Assembly: GCA_031459535.1 (NCBI GenBank)
Contig: JAVKIJ010000004.1
Coordinates: 79 to 64,078 of the forward strand
Origin: Candidatus Fervidifonticultor quintus
Lineage (GTDB): Bacteria; Sysuimicrobiota; Sysuimicrobiia; Sysuimicrobiales; Humicultoraceae
DNA: 64,000 nt
Direction of reading: 5' to 3'
Below are positions 18,573 to 27,353 of the stretch, piece after piece (positions within the stretch are counted from its first letter, which is position 1; every line of letters starts with the position of its first letter). The translations under genes and the position numbers were made by a program. The notes below the pieces were generated by a model. The model worked only from the letters and a program-made list of their open reading frames with translations. It had not been told where the DNA came from and made no database searches.

Positions 18573-19817
18573 GTGGACGAGGTCTGGCACCCGGCCGAGC
18601 GGTGGAGTGAGGACGAACGCCTGCGTTGGCAGGAGCGGCGACTGCGGGCCGTGCTGCGGCGTGCCGTGGTCCATGCCAGCGCATTGCGCGACCGGCTGAA
18701 TGGAGCCGGGCTCGCGGCACATCGGTTGACGCTGGCCGATCTGCCGCGACTGCCCATCCTGTCCAAAGACTCGTTGCCGGCGGCACAGGGCCTGGCGCCT
18801 CCCCTGGCCGGATGGCTGGGCGTGCCACTCAGTGAGCTCTCTCGGCTGTACCGCTCGCCCGGCCCCATCTTCGATCCCGAGGGACGCGGCGAGGACTACT
18901 GGCGGTTCGCTCCAGCGCTGTTCGCGGCCGGCTTTCGCCCCGGGGACGTGGTCCTGAATACCCTCTCGTACCACCTGACGCCTGCGGGCCACATGTTCGA
19001 CGGCGCCCTGCGCGTGATGGGGTGCCCGGTCATTCCGGCCGGGCCAGGCAACACCGAGGTGCAGGTCCAGTTGCTCGCAGCCCTGGGCGTCAGCGGGTTC
19101 GTCGGGACGCCGAGCTTCCTGGTCACGGTGCTCGAGGCCGCACGGCGCCTGGGCGCCGCTGTGGGCCTGCGCGTGGCGTTCCTCATCGCCGAGATGCTGT
19201 CCGAGTCGCTGCGCCAGCGTCTGGAGCGCCAGCACGGCGTCCACACCAGCCAGGGCTACGGGACGGCGGACGTGGGGTCAATCGCCTACGAGTGTCGGGC
19301 ACGCGCGGGGATGCACATTGCCCTCGAGACGATCGTCGAGCTGATAGACCCGCAGACCGGGCGCCCCGCCGATCCGGGCCAGCCAGGCGAGGTGGTGGTG
19401 ACCGCCCTCAACCCGGTCTACCCGCTGGTGCGGTTCGGCACAGGCGACCTGGCCGTCCTGGCCCAGGGCTCCTGCCCGTGTGGCCGCACCGGCCCGCGGC
19501 TGGCCCGCATTCTGGGCCGCGTGGGCGAGGCGGTCAAGGTGCGGGGGATGTTCGTGCATCCGGCTGAACTCGATCACCTCATGGCGCGCCACCCCGAGGT
19601 GAGGCGGTACCAGGCCGTCGTCACCCGCAGCGACCACCACGACGAGATGGTCGTGCGCGTGGAGGCGCGGGCGCAGGAGGGAAAGGACGCGCTGGCGGGC
19701 AGGCTGCGGCAGGCCCTGAGCGAGGGCTTGCGGCTGCGGCTCGAGGTCGAGCTGCTCGAGCCGGGGACCCTGCCCCCCGATGCCGGGAAGGTGGTCGATC
19801 GGCGGACCTGGGATTGA
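18573..19817 (+). CDS. phenylacetate-CoA ligase-like (PaaK / F390 synthetase family) adenylate-forming enzyme
   Basis: GTG 18573 after GGAGAGG. PaaK-like N-terminus (W.PAERWSEDERLRWQERRLRAVLRRA), YGTADVG, GDL..L....CPCGRTGPRL. Confidence 0.8.
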   Translation: MDEVWHPAERWSEDERLRWQERRLRAVLRRAVVHASALRDRLNGAGLAAHRLTLADLPRLPILSKDSLPAAQGLAPPLAGWLGVPLSELSRLYRSPGPIFDPEGRGEDYWRFAPALFAAGFRPGDVVLNTLSYHLTPAGHMFDGALRVMGCPVIPAGPGNTEVQVQLLAALGVSGFVGTPSFLVTVLEAARRLGAAVGLRVAFLIAEMLSESLRQRLERQHGVHTSQGYGTADVGSIAYECRARAGMHIALETIVELIDPQTGRPADPGQPGEVVVTALNPVYPLVRFGTGDLAVLAQGSCPCGRTGPRLARILGRVGEAVKVRGMFVHPAELDHLMARHPEVRRYQAVVTRSDHHDEMVVRVEARAQEGKDALAGRLRQALSEGLRLRLEVELLEPGTLPPDAGKVVDRRTWD

Positions 19818-19832
19818 GCCCGGCAGCGCGCG

Positions 19833-19861
19833 TTGACACGCCATGGAGCCCGTGCTAGATT
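19833..19861 (+). promoter_or_regulatory. sigma-70-like promoter for lysA (TTGACA-17-TAGATT)
   Basis: TTGACA at 19833-19838, exactly 17-nt spacer, TAGATT at 19856-19861. The ATG is only 12 nt downstream and there is no SD. Confidence 0.45.
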
Positions 19862-19873
19862 GGCCCTGACTTC

Positions 19874-21214
19874 ATGACCATTCCCCAGCGATTCGGCTTC
19901 AACGTCGACAGCCACGGCAATCTCCTCATCGGCGGGATCGCTGCCGCCGATCTCGCTGCCCGGTTCGGGACGCCGCTGCACGTGATTGACGAGGCGCGGC
20001 TGCGGGCCAACTGCCGCGCCTACGTGGAGGCCGTGCGCCGGCACGCCCCGGGGGCGGGCAGGGTGCTCTATGCGTCCAAGGCGTTGTGTATCGTCGCCGC
20101 CTGTCAGGTGGCGCACGAGGAAGGGCTGGGCCTCGACGTGGTCAGCGCCGGGGAGATCTACACGGCGCTCCAGGCTAGGGTCCCGGCGGAGGCTCTCTAC
20201 TTCCACGGCAGTAACAAGACGCCCGAGGAGATCGCCTACGGGCTCGAGGTTGGGGTCGGCCGGTTCGTCGTGGACAACGAGTACGAGCTGGCACTGCTGG
20301 ACCGCCTGGCCCGCGAGCGGGGACGCCGGGCTGAGGTGCTGTTGCGCCTGACCCCCGGCATCGAGCCGCACACCCACCGGGCGATCACCACCGGCGGCGT
20401 AGACTCCAAGTTCGGGTTCGGACTGCTCGACCCATCCGCCCGGCGTGCCGTGCGGACCGCGCTGGCAGCGCCGGGGATACGGCTCCGAGGACTGCACTGC
20501 CACATCGGGTCCCAGATTCTCCAACTCGAGCCGTTCGTGCAGGCGACGCGGGCGCTCCTGGCGTTTGCCGCAGAGATGCGGTCCGCCGGCCTGGCCCTCG
20601 AAGAGCTCGACCTGGGCGGGGGCCTCGGTGTGCGCTACCTCCCCGACGACGAACCACCGGCAATCGGCGCGTATGTGGGCGCGGTGATGGACAGCGTGCG
20701 GGAGCTGCTGGCACAGCACCGGCTGCCGACGCCCCTGGTGGTGCTTGAGCCCGGCCGGTCCATCATCGGCGACGCGGGCGTCACGCTCTACACCGTGGGG
20801 GCGATCAAGACGATCCCGGGCGTGCGCACGTACGTCTCGGTGGACGGCGGCATGTACGAAAATCCGCGGCCGGCCCTCTACGATGCGCGCTACAGCGCCG
20901 TGGTGGCCACACGGGCGGCCGAGGCGCCGGCGCAGCGCGTGACCATCGCCGGCCGCTGCTGTGAATCCGGCGACGTCCTCATCTGGGATGCTGACCTGCC
21001 GGTCTTGCGGGAGGGCGATCTGCTGGCCGTCTTCTCCACCGGAGCATACAACTATTCCATGGCCAGCAACTACAACCGGTATCCGAGGCCGTCGGTGATC
21101 TTTGCCCGCGACGGTAGTGCCCAGGTGGTCGTGGAGCGGGAGACGTCAGCAGACCTGGTGCGGCACGACCGGCCGCTGCTGCCGTCGGCCACCGGCCCGA
21201 TCCGCACGCGATGA
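19874..21214 (+). CDS. lysA: diaminopimelate decarboxylase
   Basis: 446 aa. PLP-Lys region LYASKAL, HCHIGSQ, CESGD, and GAYNYSMASNYN typical of LysA. Confidence 0.92.
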   Translation: MTIPQRFGFNVDSHGNLLIGGIAAADLAARFGTPLHVIDEARLRANCRAYVEAVRRHAPGAGRVLYASKALCIVAACQVAHEEGLGLDVVSAGEIYTALQARVPAEALYFHGSNKTPEEIAYGLEVGVGRFVVDNEYELALLDRLARERGRRAEVLLRLTPGIEPHTHRAITTGGVDSKFGFGLLDPSARRAVRTALAAPGIRLRGLHCHIGSQILQLEPFVQATRALLAFAAEMRSAGLALEELDLGGGLGVRYLPDDEPPAIGAYVGAVMDSVRELLAQHRLPTPLVVLEPGRSIIGDAGVTLYTVGAIKTIPGVRTYVSVDGGMYENPRPALYDARYSAVVATRAAEAPAQRVTIAGRCCESGDVLIWDADLPVLREGDLLAVFSTGAYNYSMASNYNRYPRPSVIFARDGSAQVVVERETSADLVRHDRPLLPSATGPIRTR

Positions 21215-21828
21215 TCTCCGGCGATCTTGGCACGCTCGTGTCCGTCGTCGCTGCCTTTCTGATCGCGGTGACAGTCCACGAGTTCGCGCACGGGTGGATG
21301 GCGGACCGGCTCGGCGACCCCACGCCGCGGCTGCGCGGCCGGTTGTCGCTGAATCCGCTGGTGCACCTGGACCTGATCGGCACCCTGCTGCTGCTGTTCG
21401 CCGGCTTCGGATGGGCCAGACCCGTAGAGGTGAACCCCCGGCACTTCTCCAACTGGAGAAGAGGAATGCTGACCGTCGCGGCCGCCGGGCCGCTTTCCAA
21501 TGTCAGCGTGGCCTTCGCGGCGGGGTTGCTTTTCCAGCTCGGGCTCACCGGCGCCGCACCCGCACTTGGTCGCCTGGTGCACGCCGTGGTCTACGTCAAT
21601 GCCATGCTGGCGGTCTTCAACCTCATCCCGATTCCGCCCCTGGACGGCTCGCGAATCCTCTCCAATATCTTGCCGCCGGCACAGGCTCTGGCTTACGACC
21701 GGTTGGCGCCGTACGGGCCTCTCGTGCTTCTGGTGCTCATCATGATGCCTGGCAATGTCGTCGGCCATCTGATCCGCCCCGGCATCACCTGGTTGGCGGA
21801 TGCGGCCCTGGGAGGGCTGCGGCTGTGA
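21211..21828 (+). CDS. site-2 protease family (peptidase M50) zinc metalloprotease
   Basis: HEFAHG (HExxH) in the first TM region, NLIPIPPLDGS motif. ATGA overlap with lysA. Confidence 0.85.
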   Translation: MISGDLGTLVSVVAAFLIAVTVHEFAHGWMADRLGDPTPRLRGRLSLNPLVHLDLIGTLLLLFAGFGWARPVEVNPRHFSNWRRGMLTVAAAGPLSNVSVAFAAGLLFQLGLTGAAPALGRLVHAVVYVNAMLAVFNLIPIPPLDGSRILSNILPPAQALAYDRLAPYGPLVLLVLIMMPGNVVGHLIRPGITWLADAALGGLRL

Positions 21829-22574
21829 GCGAGCAGCGGGGCGCCACACCGCCGGGGCACACCCCCGTGGCCGACTACACGGTCAAGGTCCCCGGGTTCC
21901 AGGGGCCGCTGGATCTGCTCCTGACGCTGGCCCACCAGGGCAAGATCGACCTGAGGACGGTTCCCCTGGCTGAGCTCGCGGGCGAGTTCCTGGAGCGGTC
22001 CAGGCGCGCGATGGATCTCAACACGGCCACGGAGGCGCTGTGGATGCTGGCGGCGCTGGTGGAGATGAAGGCCAAGCTTCTGCTGCCCAAGCCCCCGCCT
22101 CCTGAGCCGCTCCCCGACACAGGGGCGAGCGACCTGCCGGAGCGCTTGGAAGAGCAGCTCAGTGAGTATCGCGCGTTCCGGGAGGCGGCCGAGGCTCTGA
22201 GGGCCCTGGAGGAGTTCCAGCGGCGCGTGTTCGTCCGGACTCCACAGGCCGAGCCAGCGGACCTGCTGCTCGAAGGGTTGACGGTTGACGATCTGTTCCA
22301 GGCCTTTCAGGCGGTGCTCAGCCGCGTCCGAGCGGAACGCGCGGCCGAAGTGGTGGACGAGCCTGTGCGGGTCTCCGACCGCAAGGCGGCCATTCTGCAG
22401 GCCCTGCGGCGCGAGCCCCGTGGCTTGGAGTTTGCCCAGCTGTTTGCGGGGAGGGTCACCATGGTGCTCATCGTGGTCACCTTCCTGGCCTTGCTCGAAC
22501 TCATCAAGGACCGGGCGGTGCGGGTCCACCAAACCTCGCCGCTGGCGCCGATCTTCGTGACGCTGGCCCGATGA
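21825..22574 (+). CDS. scpA: segregation and condensation protein A
   Basis: GTG 21825 (GTGA overlap). FQGPLDLLLTLAHQGKIDLRTVPLAEL is the kleisin ScpA N-terminal signature. The upstream part of track ORF 21102-22574 was rejected. Confidence 0.85.
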   Translation: MSEQRGATPPGHTPVADYTVKVPGFQGPLDLLLTLAHQGKIDLRTVPLAELAGEFLERSRRAMDLNTATEALWMLAALVEMKAKLLLPKPPPPEPLPDTGASDLPERLEEQLSEYRAFREAAEALRALEEFQRRVFVRTPQAEPADLLLEGLTVDDLFQAFQAVLSRVRAERAAEVVDEPVRVSDRKAAILQALRREPRGLEFAQLFAGRVTMVLIVVTFLALLELIKDRAVRVHQTSPLAPIFVTLAR

Positions 22575-23119
22575 GCGACGATCCAGCGGTCGCGGCGCTG
22601 GCAGCGGCTCTGGAGAGCCTCCTGTTCGTTGCCGACGGTCCGGTCCCGCTCCAGCGGCTGGCCGAGGCTGCCGATGCCTCCCCGGCCCTGGCGCAGGAGG
22701 CGCTGGAGCACCTGCGGACCCGGCTGGCCGGCGGCGGCCTGCTGCTCCAGGCCGTGGCCGGTGGGTACCAGCTGGCCACGCGGCCGGAGCACGCAGAGAT
22801 CGTGCGGCGGTTCCTTCAGCGAGAACACGGTGAGAAGTTGTCGAAGGGAGCGCTGGAAACTCTGGCGGTGATCGCCTACCGCCAGCCCGTGACCCGCGGC
22901 GACATCGAAGCGGTTCGCGGCGGAAACAGCGACTGGCACATCGAGCGGCTGCTGGAGCGAAAACTGATCCGCGCAGTCGGGCGGCGATCCACGCCGGGCC
23001 GTCCGGTTCTGTTTGGTACCACAGAGCTCTTCCTGCGGTACTTCGGCCTCAACGATCTCACCGAGCTGCCGCCCATGGGCGACCGCGGGGTTCGGGCACT
23101 GCTCGATGTCAGCAGGTAG
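22571..23119 (+). CDS. scpB: segregation and condensation protein B
   Basis: ALESLLFVADGPV, LSKGALETLAVIAYRQPVTRGDIEAVRG. ATGA overlap with scpA. Confidence 0.9.
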   Translation: MSDDPAVAALAAALESLLFVADGPVPLQRLAEAADASPALAQEALEHLRTRLAGGGLLLQAVAGGYQLATRPEHAEIVRRFLQREHGEKLSKGALETLAVIAYRQPVTRGDIEAVRGGNSDWHIERLLERKLIRAVGRRSTPGRPVLFGTTELFLRYFGLNDLTELPPMGDRGVRALLDVSR

Positions 23120-23945
23120 CCACGTGGTGCGACGGGCAGCGGTCCTGGCGTTGGTGCTCGGTCTGGGTCTCGACCTGCCGGTGGGCCCGGCTGCGGCGCG
23201 ACTGCCCCTGCGTGCCGAGGCGGTCGCGCTCGTGGACGTCTCCAGCGGCCGCCTGCTCTACGGACAGGCGGCGGACCGCCGGATGGCGCCGGCCTCGACC
23301 ACGAAGATCCTGACCGCCGCCCTGGCCATTGAGAAACTCCCACCTGGCGCGGTCATCACGGTTGGTCCGGGCGCAGCCGCGATGCGCCGCGGTTCCACCC
23401 TCGGGCTTGCGGCTGGTGAGCGCTGGGCCGCAGACGATCTGCTCCACGCGCTCTTGCTGGTCTCGGCCAACGATGCCGCGATCGCCCTGGCCGAAGCGAC
23501 CGCCGGCACCGTGCGGCGATTCGTCGCGCTCATGAATGCCCGTGCCAGAGCGCTGGGCGCCCGCTCGAGCCACTTCAGCAACCCCCACGGGCTGGACAGC
23601 GAGGACCACTACACCACGGCGCGCGACCTGGCGCTGATCGCCCGGTACGCACTGGGCTCTCCCAGGTTCCGCGCCATCGTGCGCACCGAGACCTGGCAGG
23701 TCCGCCGGTGGGGCCTCCCGGCGGAGCAACTGGTCAACCGCAACCAGTTCCTGGCGCGCTATCAGGGCGCCGACGGTGTGAAGACGGGCATGACGGCAGC
23801 CGCCGGGTACACGTTCGTCGCGTCGGCGACCCGCGACGGCCGGCAACTGGTGGCCGTCGTGCTCCGGAGCCCCGACATCTACGGCGACGCGGAGCGCCTG
23901 ATGGACTTCGGGTTCCAGCTCTACCCCCGCCCGTCGTCCCCATGA
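23106..23945 (+). CDS. D-alanyl-D-alanine carboxypeptidase (peptidase S11)
   Basis: SxxK (ASTTK), SxN (SANDAA) and KTG (VKTGMT) motifs, N-terminal signal segment. Start 23106 (ATG) or 23124 (GTG). Confidence 0.85.
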   Translation: MSAGSHVVRRAAVLALVLGLGLDLPVGPAAARLPLRAEAVALVDVSSGRLLYGQAADRRMAPASTTKILTAALAIEKLPPGAVITVGPGAAAMRRGSTLGLAAGERWAADDLLHALLLVSANDAAIALAEATAGTVRRFVALMNARARALGARSSHFSNPHGLDSEDHYTTARDLALIARYALGSPRFRAIVRTETWQVRRWGLPAEQLVNRNQFLARYQGADGVKTGMTAAAGYTFVASATRDGRQLVAVVLRSPDIYGDAERLMDFGFQLYPRPSSP

Positions 23946-24526
23946 AGGCTGATCGGGAGAAGTGGGAGGCGCGGTACAGGGCCGGTGAGCGGACCCACGA
24001 CGGCCCGCCCTCGGGTCTGCTGCGGCGCTGGCTGCCCGTGTTGCCGAAGGGCCGCGCGCTGGATGTGGCGGCCGGTCTGGGGCGCAACGCGATCTTCCTC
24101 GCCCGCGCAGGATATCGCGTAGACGCCGTGGACATCTCACCGACCGGCCTTGCGGAGGCCGCGAGGCGGGCACGGAGACTGGGCGCGCGGGTCAGATGGA
24201 TCGAAGCCGATCTGGACGTCTGGAAGCCGCCCTCGTCCGCCTACGACCTGGTCGTCAACACCTTTTTCCTCAAGCGCCGTCTCATCCCGGCCCTCCAGCG
24301 TGCCGTGCGGCCTGGCGGCGCGTTTGTGTTCGAGACCCACCTCCAGGGCGACGAACACGGCGGGCCGGGCGCCGCCCACCGCCTCCGCCCGGGAGAACTA
24401 CAGCGCCGCTTCAAGGGTTGGGACATCCTGGAGCTGGAAGAGGGGCGGTTCAGCGAAGGGGGCAGGTCATGGCTGCTTGGCCGGCTGGTGGCTCGACGCC
24501 CGATGCCCGCGACGCGTCGTCGGTGA
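23942..24526 (+). CDS. class I SAM-dependent methyltransferase (TehB-like)
   Basis: ATG 23942 (ATGA overlap). ALDVAAGLGRNAIFLARAGYRVDAVDIS SAM-binding motif I. Confidence 0.75.
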   Translation: MKADREKWEARYRAGERTHDGPPSGLLRRWLPVLPKGRALDVAAGLGRNAIFLARAGYRVDAVDISPTGLAEAARRARRLGARVRWIEADLDVWKPPSSAYDLVVNTFFLKRRLIPALQRAVRPGGAFVFETHLQGDEHGGPGAAHRLRPGELQRRFKGWDILELEEGRFSEGGRSWLLGRLVARRPMPATRRR

Positions 24527-25383
24527 ATCGGCGGTGCCAGCGGTTGGCGGCGTATATGGCGGTGGCCGTGGTTGCGGCGTACGCCGCTGCGCCCCCTGTG
24601 GCGTCCGGCGGCTACCCGCTGCGCCTGGTCGACGCGACCGGCGCGCAGATCACCATTGCCCGGCGCCCGGCCCGGGTGATCTCGCTCGCGCCGAGCGTGA
24701 CTGAAATTCTGTTCGCGCTGGGCCTCGAGCACGAAGTCGTCGGCATCAGCGACGCTGACGACTTCCCCCCTGAGCGCGTCCGGGGGAGAACCCGCGTCGG
24801 CGGGGTCGTGCTCAATCTGGAACGGATCGTGGCGTTGCGGCCGGACCTCATCATCGGCATGCCGAGCCTGCAGCGGGATCAACTCTTGCGGCTGCGCTCG
24901 CTTCGCCTCCCTGTTTTGGCTGTGGACGCCACGTCGGTCAGCGAGACCATCGCCCAGATCCGGCTGCTGGGCCGCGTCACGGGACGGCCGCGCGACGCCG
25001 AGCGCCTGGCGCACGCGGTTGAGAGCCGGGCGCGGCCGCGCCATCCTCCGCAGATGCCGCGGGTCTACGCCGAACTATGGTACGAGCCCGTGATGGCCGC
25101 TGCGGCTGGCACCCTCGTGGACGACGTCATCACACGGGCCGGTGGCCGCAATGTCTTCAGCGACCGACGCGGGTACGTCCAGGTGCCCCTCGAAGCCGTG
25201 CTGGTGCGCAATCCGCAGGTGATCCTGCTCCTGCATGGGGGCCGTGCGCAGGCACTCGCTCGTCCGGGGTGGCGGGCGGTGGGACCGATCTTCGAGGTAC
25301 CGGCGTCGCTGGTGACGCGACCGGGACCCCGGATCTCCGACGGCGTGGCTATGGTTGCGAGGTTCCTGGGCAGTGACCGCTGA
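24523..25383 (+). CDS. BtuF/FhuD-type (cluster A) periplasmic binding protein
   Basis: GTG 24523 (GTGA overlap), signal-like AAYMAVAVVAAYAAA, RVISLAPSVTEILFALGLEHEVVGISD typical of cobalamin/siderophore binding proteins. Confidence 0.8.
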   Translation: MNRRCQRLAAYMAVAVVAAYAAAPPVASGGYPLRLVDATGAQITIARRPARVISLAPSVTEILFALGLEHEVVGISDADDFPPERVRGRTRVGGVVLNLERIVALRPDLIIGMPSLQRDQLLRLRSLRLPVLAVDATSVSETIAQIRLLGRVTGRPRDAERLAHAVESRARPRHPPQMPRVYAELWYEPVMAAAAGTLVDDVITRAGGRNVFSDRRGYVQVPLEAVLVRNPQVILLLHGGRAQALARPGWRAVGPIFEVPASLVTRPGPRISDGVAMVARFLGSDR

Positions 25384-26650
25384 GAGGACGGCCGCTTCGG
25401 GGCTCGAGATCAGGGTCGGCGGCCTTGTCTGCCGGCTGGGGACGCTCGCCGCCCTCCACGGAGTGTCGGTGGTCATCCCTGCCGGGATCCTCTGCGGGGT
25501 GGCCGGCCCCAACGGCGCCGGCAAGACCACCCTGCTGCGCGCCCTGGCTGGTGCCCTCGGCCGCGAGGAGGGCACGGTGCTGGTCGGGGGCCACGACCCG
25601 TTCGTGACCCCGCCCGCAGCGCTCGCGCGGGTCATGGCGGTGCTGCCGCAGCGCCCCGTGGCACCAGCGGGCCTGACCGCCCGCCAGGCCGTCGCGTGGG
25701 GACGCGATCCCCACCTCGGCCGACTGGCCCGGCCCGGCCTTGAGGATCAGCGCGCCGTGGATGCGGCACTGGATCAGACCGGCACCCGCGCCCTGGCGGA
25801 CCGGCCCGTCGAGACCCTCAGCGGCGGCGAGCTCCACCGTGTCCTGATTGCGCGGGCGCTCGCCCAGGAACCGCGCGTGCTCCTGCTCGACGAGCCTACG
25901 GTGCACCTGGACATCAGCCACCAGGTCGAGATCATGCAGCTCCTGCGGCGCCTGGCGGAGGAAGGTCGCACGATCGTCGTGGCGATCCACGACCTCAATC
26001 TGGCCGCGGCCTACTGCGACCGCATCGCGCTGCTGGCCCACGGGCGACTGGTGGCGTACGGTGAGCCCGGCGATGTCATCCGCCCTGACCTGATCCAACA
26101 AGCGTACGGCGCGGCGGCGGTGATCCGCGTCAATCCGGCCACCGGTCGGCCCTACCTGGTGGTGGCCAGTCCACCGATCCGTCCGGCCGCGGGCCCGCGG
26201 GTGCACGTCATCTGCGGGGGCGGCACGGGCGCCGAACTGCTGGCCCGGTGCGTGCAACTGGGCTATCGGGTCACCGTGGGCGTCGTGCACGTGATGGACA
26301 CGGACGAGGAGACGGCCCGATCACTGGGACTTGAGGTGATCCAGGAGGCGCCGTTCTCGCCGTTGGGCGACGAGGCGGTGGAGGCCGCGGCGCAGGCGGC
26401 GCGGACGGCGGATGCCGTGATCGTCGCCCCGGTGCCGCTGGGACCGGGCAACCTGCGCAACCTGGAGGTAGCCGCCGCGGCTCTGGGCAATGGTGTGCCC
26501 GTGATCATGGTCGATGGCGTCGGGGCCCGCGACTTCGCCGGGGGTCAGGCTGCCGCGGCAGCCTCGGCCCTGATCGCGCGAGGCGCGCGGCTGGTGCCCG
26601 ACCTCGCGGGTGCGGTCGCCGCTCTCGTGCGCCTGGCCCCGGTGGGCTGA
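25373..26650 (+). CDS. FecE/BtuD-type ABC ATPase fused to an uncharacterised ~160-aa alpha/beta C-terminal domain
   Basis: Walker A GPNGAGKTT, LSGGELHRV, LLLLDEPT, H-loop IHDLN. Then an extra domain RVHVICGGGTGAELL...AVIVAPVPLGPGN...VPVIMVDG. Start 25355 (TTG) or 25373 (GTG). Confidence 0.8.
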   Translation: MTAERTAASGLEIRVGGLVCRLGTLAALHGVSVVIPAGILCGVAGPNGAGKTTLLRALAGALGREEGTVLVGGHDPFVTPPAALARVMAVLPQRPVAPAGLTARQAVAWGRDPHLGRLARPGLEDQRAVDAALDQTGTRALADRPVETLSGGELHRVLIARALAQEPRVLLLDEPTVHLDISHQVEIMQLLRRLAEEGRTIVVAIHDLNLAAAYCDRIALLAHGRLVAYGEPGDVIRPDLIQQAYGAAAVIRVNPATGRPYLVVASPPIRPAAGPRVHVICGGGTGAELLARCVQLGYRVTVGVVHVMDTDEETARSLGLEVIQEAPFSPLGDEAVEAAAQAARTADAVIVAPVPLGPGNLRNLEVAAAALGNGVPVIMVDGVGARDFAGGQAAAAASALIARGARLVPDLAGAVAALVRLAPVG

Positions 26651-26651
26651 C

Positions 26652-27353
26652 GTGGGTGGCGGGGCCGCACGAGGCTCGCGGGGGCCCGTGATCGCCATTG
26701 ACGGCCCCACAGCGGCCGGGAAGTCCACGGTGGGACGCGAGGTGGCCCGCCGCCTGGGGCTGGACTACGTGGACACAGGCGCCATGTATCGCTCGGTGGC
26801 CTGGGCCGCCCTGCAGCGGAAGGTGGACCTTGGGGACGCAGCAGCCCTGGAGCGGCTCGCCGCCGCGCTGCGCATTGAGACAATCTTCGACGCGTCCGGA
26901 CACAGGATCCTCGTGGATGGCCAGGACGTGACGCAGGCCATCCGCAGTCCACAGGTCAGCGAGGCCGCCTCGGCCGTGAGCGCGGTGCCGGGCGTGCGGA
27001 CCACCCTGGTCGCCCTGCAGCGCCAGCGCGCGGCGGCAGGCGGTGTCGTCATGGAGGGGCGCGACATCGGGACCGTGGTGCTACCCGATGCGGACGTGAA
27101 GGTCTTCCTCCAGGCGTCGTTGGACACCCGGGCCCGGCGACGGCACGCCGAGTTGCGGGCACGGGGCGTGCAGGCCACCCTCGAAGAGGTGCGACGGCAG
27201 GAAGCAGCGCGCGACCACCGGGACCAGACCCGGGCGCACTCCCCGCTACGCGCGGCGGCCGACGCGGTGGTGATCGACACGACCGCCCGCCGGCCCGAAG
27301 AGGTCGCGGAGGTGATCGTGCGCATGGTCCGCGAACGGAGCGGCGCGCGGTGA
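26652..27353 (+). CDS. cmk: cytidylate kinase
   Basis: VIAIDGPTAAGKSTVGREVARRLGLDYVDTGAMYR signature. GTG 26652. Confidence 0.92.
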   Translation: MGGGAARGSRGPVIAIDGPTAAGKSTVGREVARRLGLDYVDTGAMYRSVAWAALQRKVDLGDAAALERLAAALRIETIFDASGHRILVDGQDVTQAIRSPQVSEAASAVSAVPGVRTTLVALQRQRAAAGGVVMEGRDIGTVVLPDADVKVFLQASLDTRARRRHAELRARGVQATLEEVRRQEAARDHRDQTRAHSPLRAAADAVVIDTTARRPEEVAEVIVRMVRERSGAR

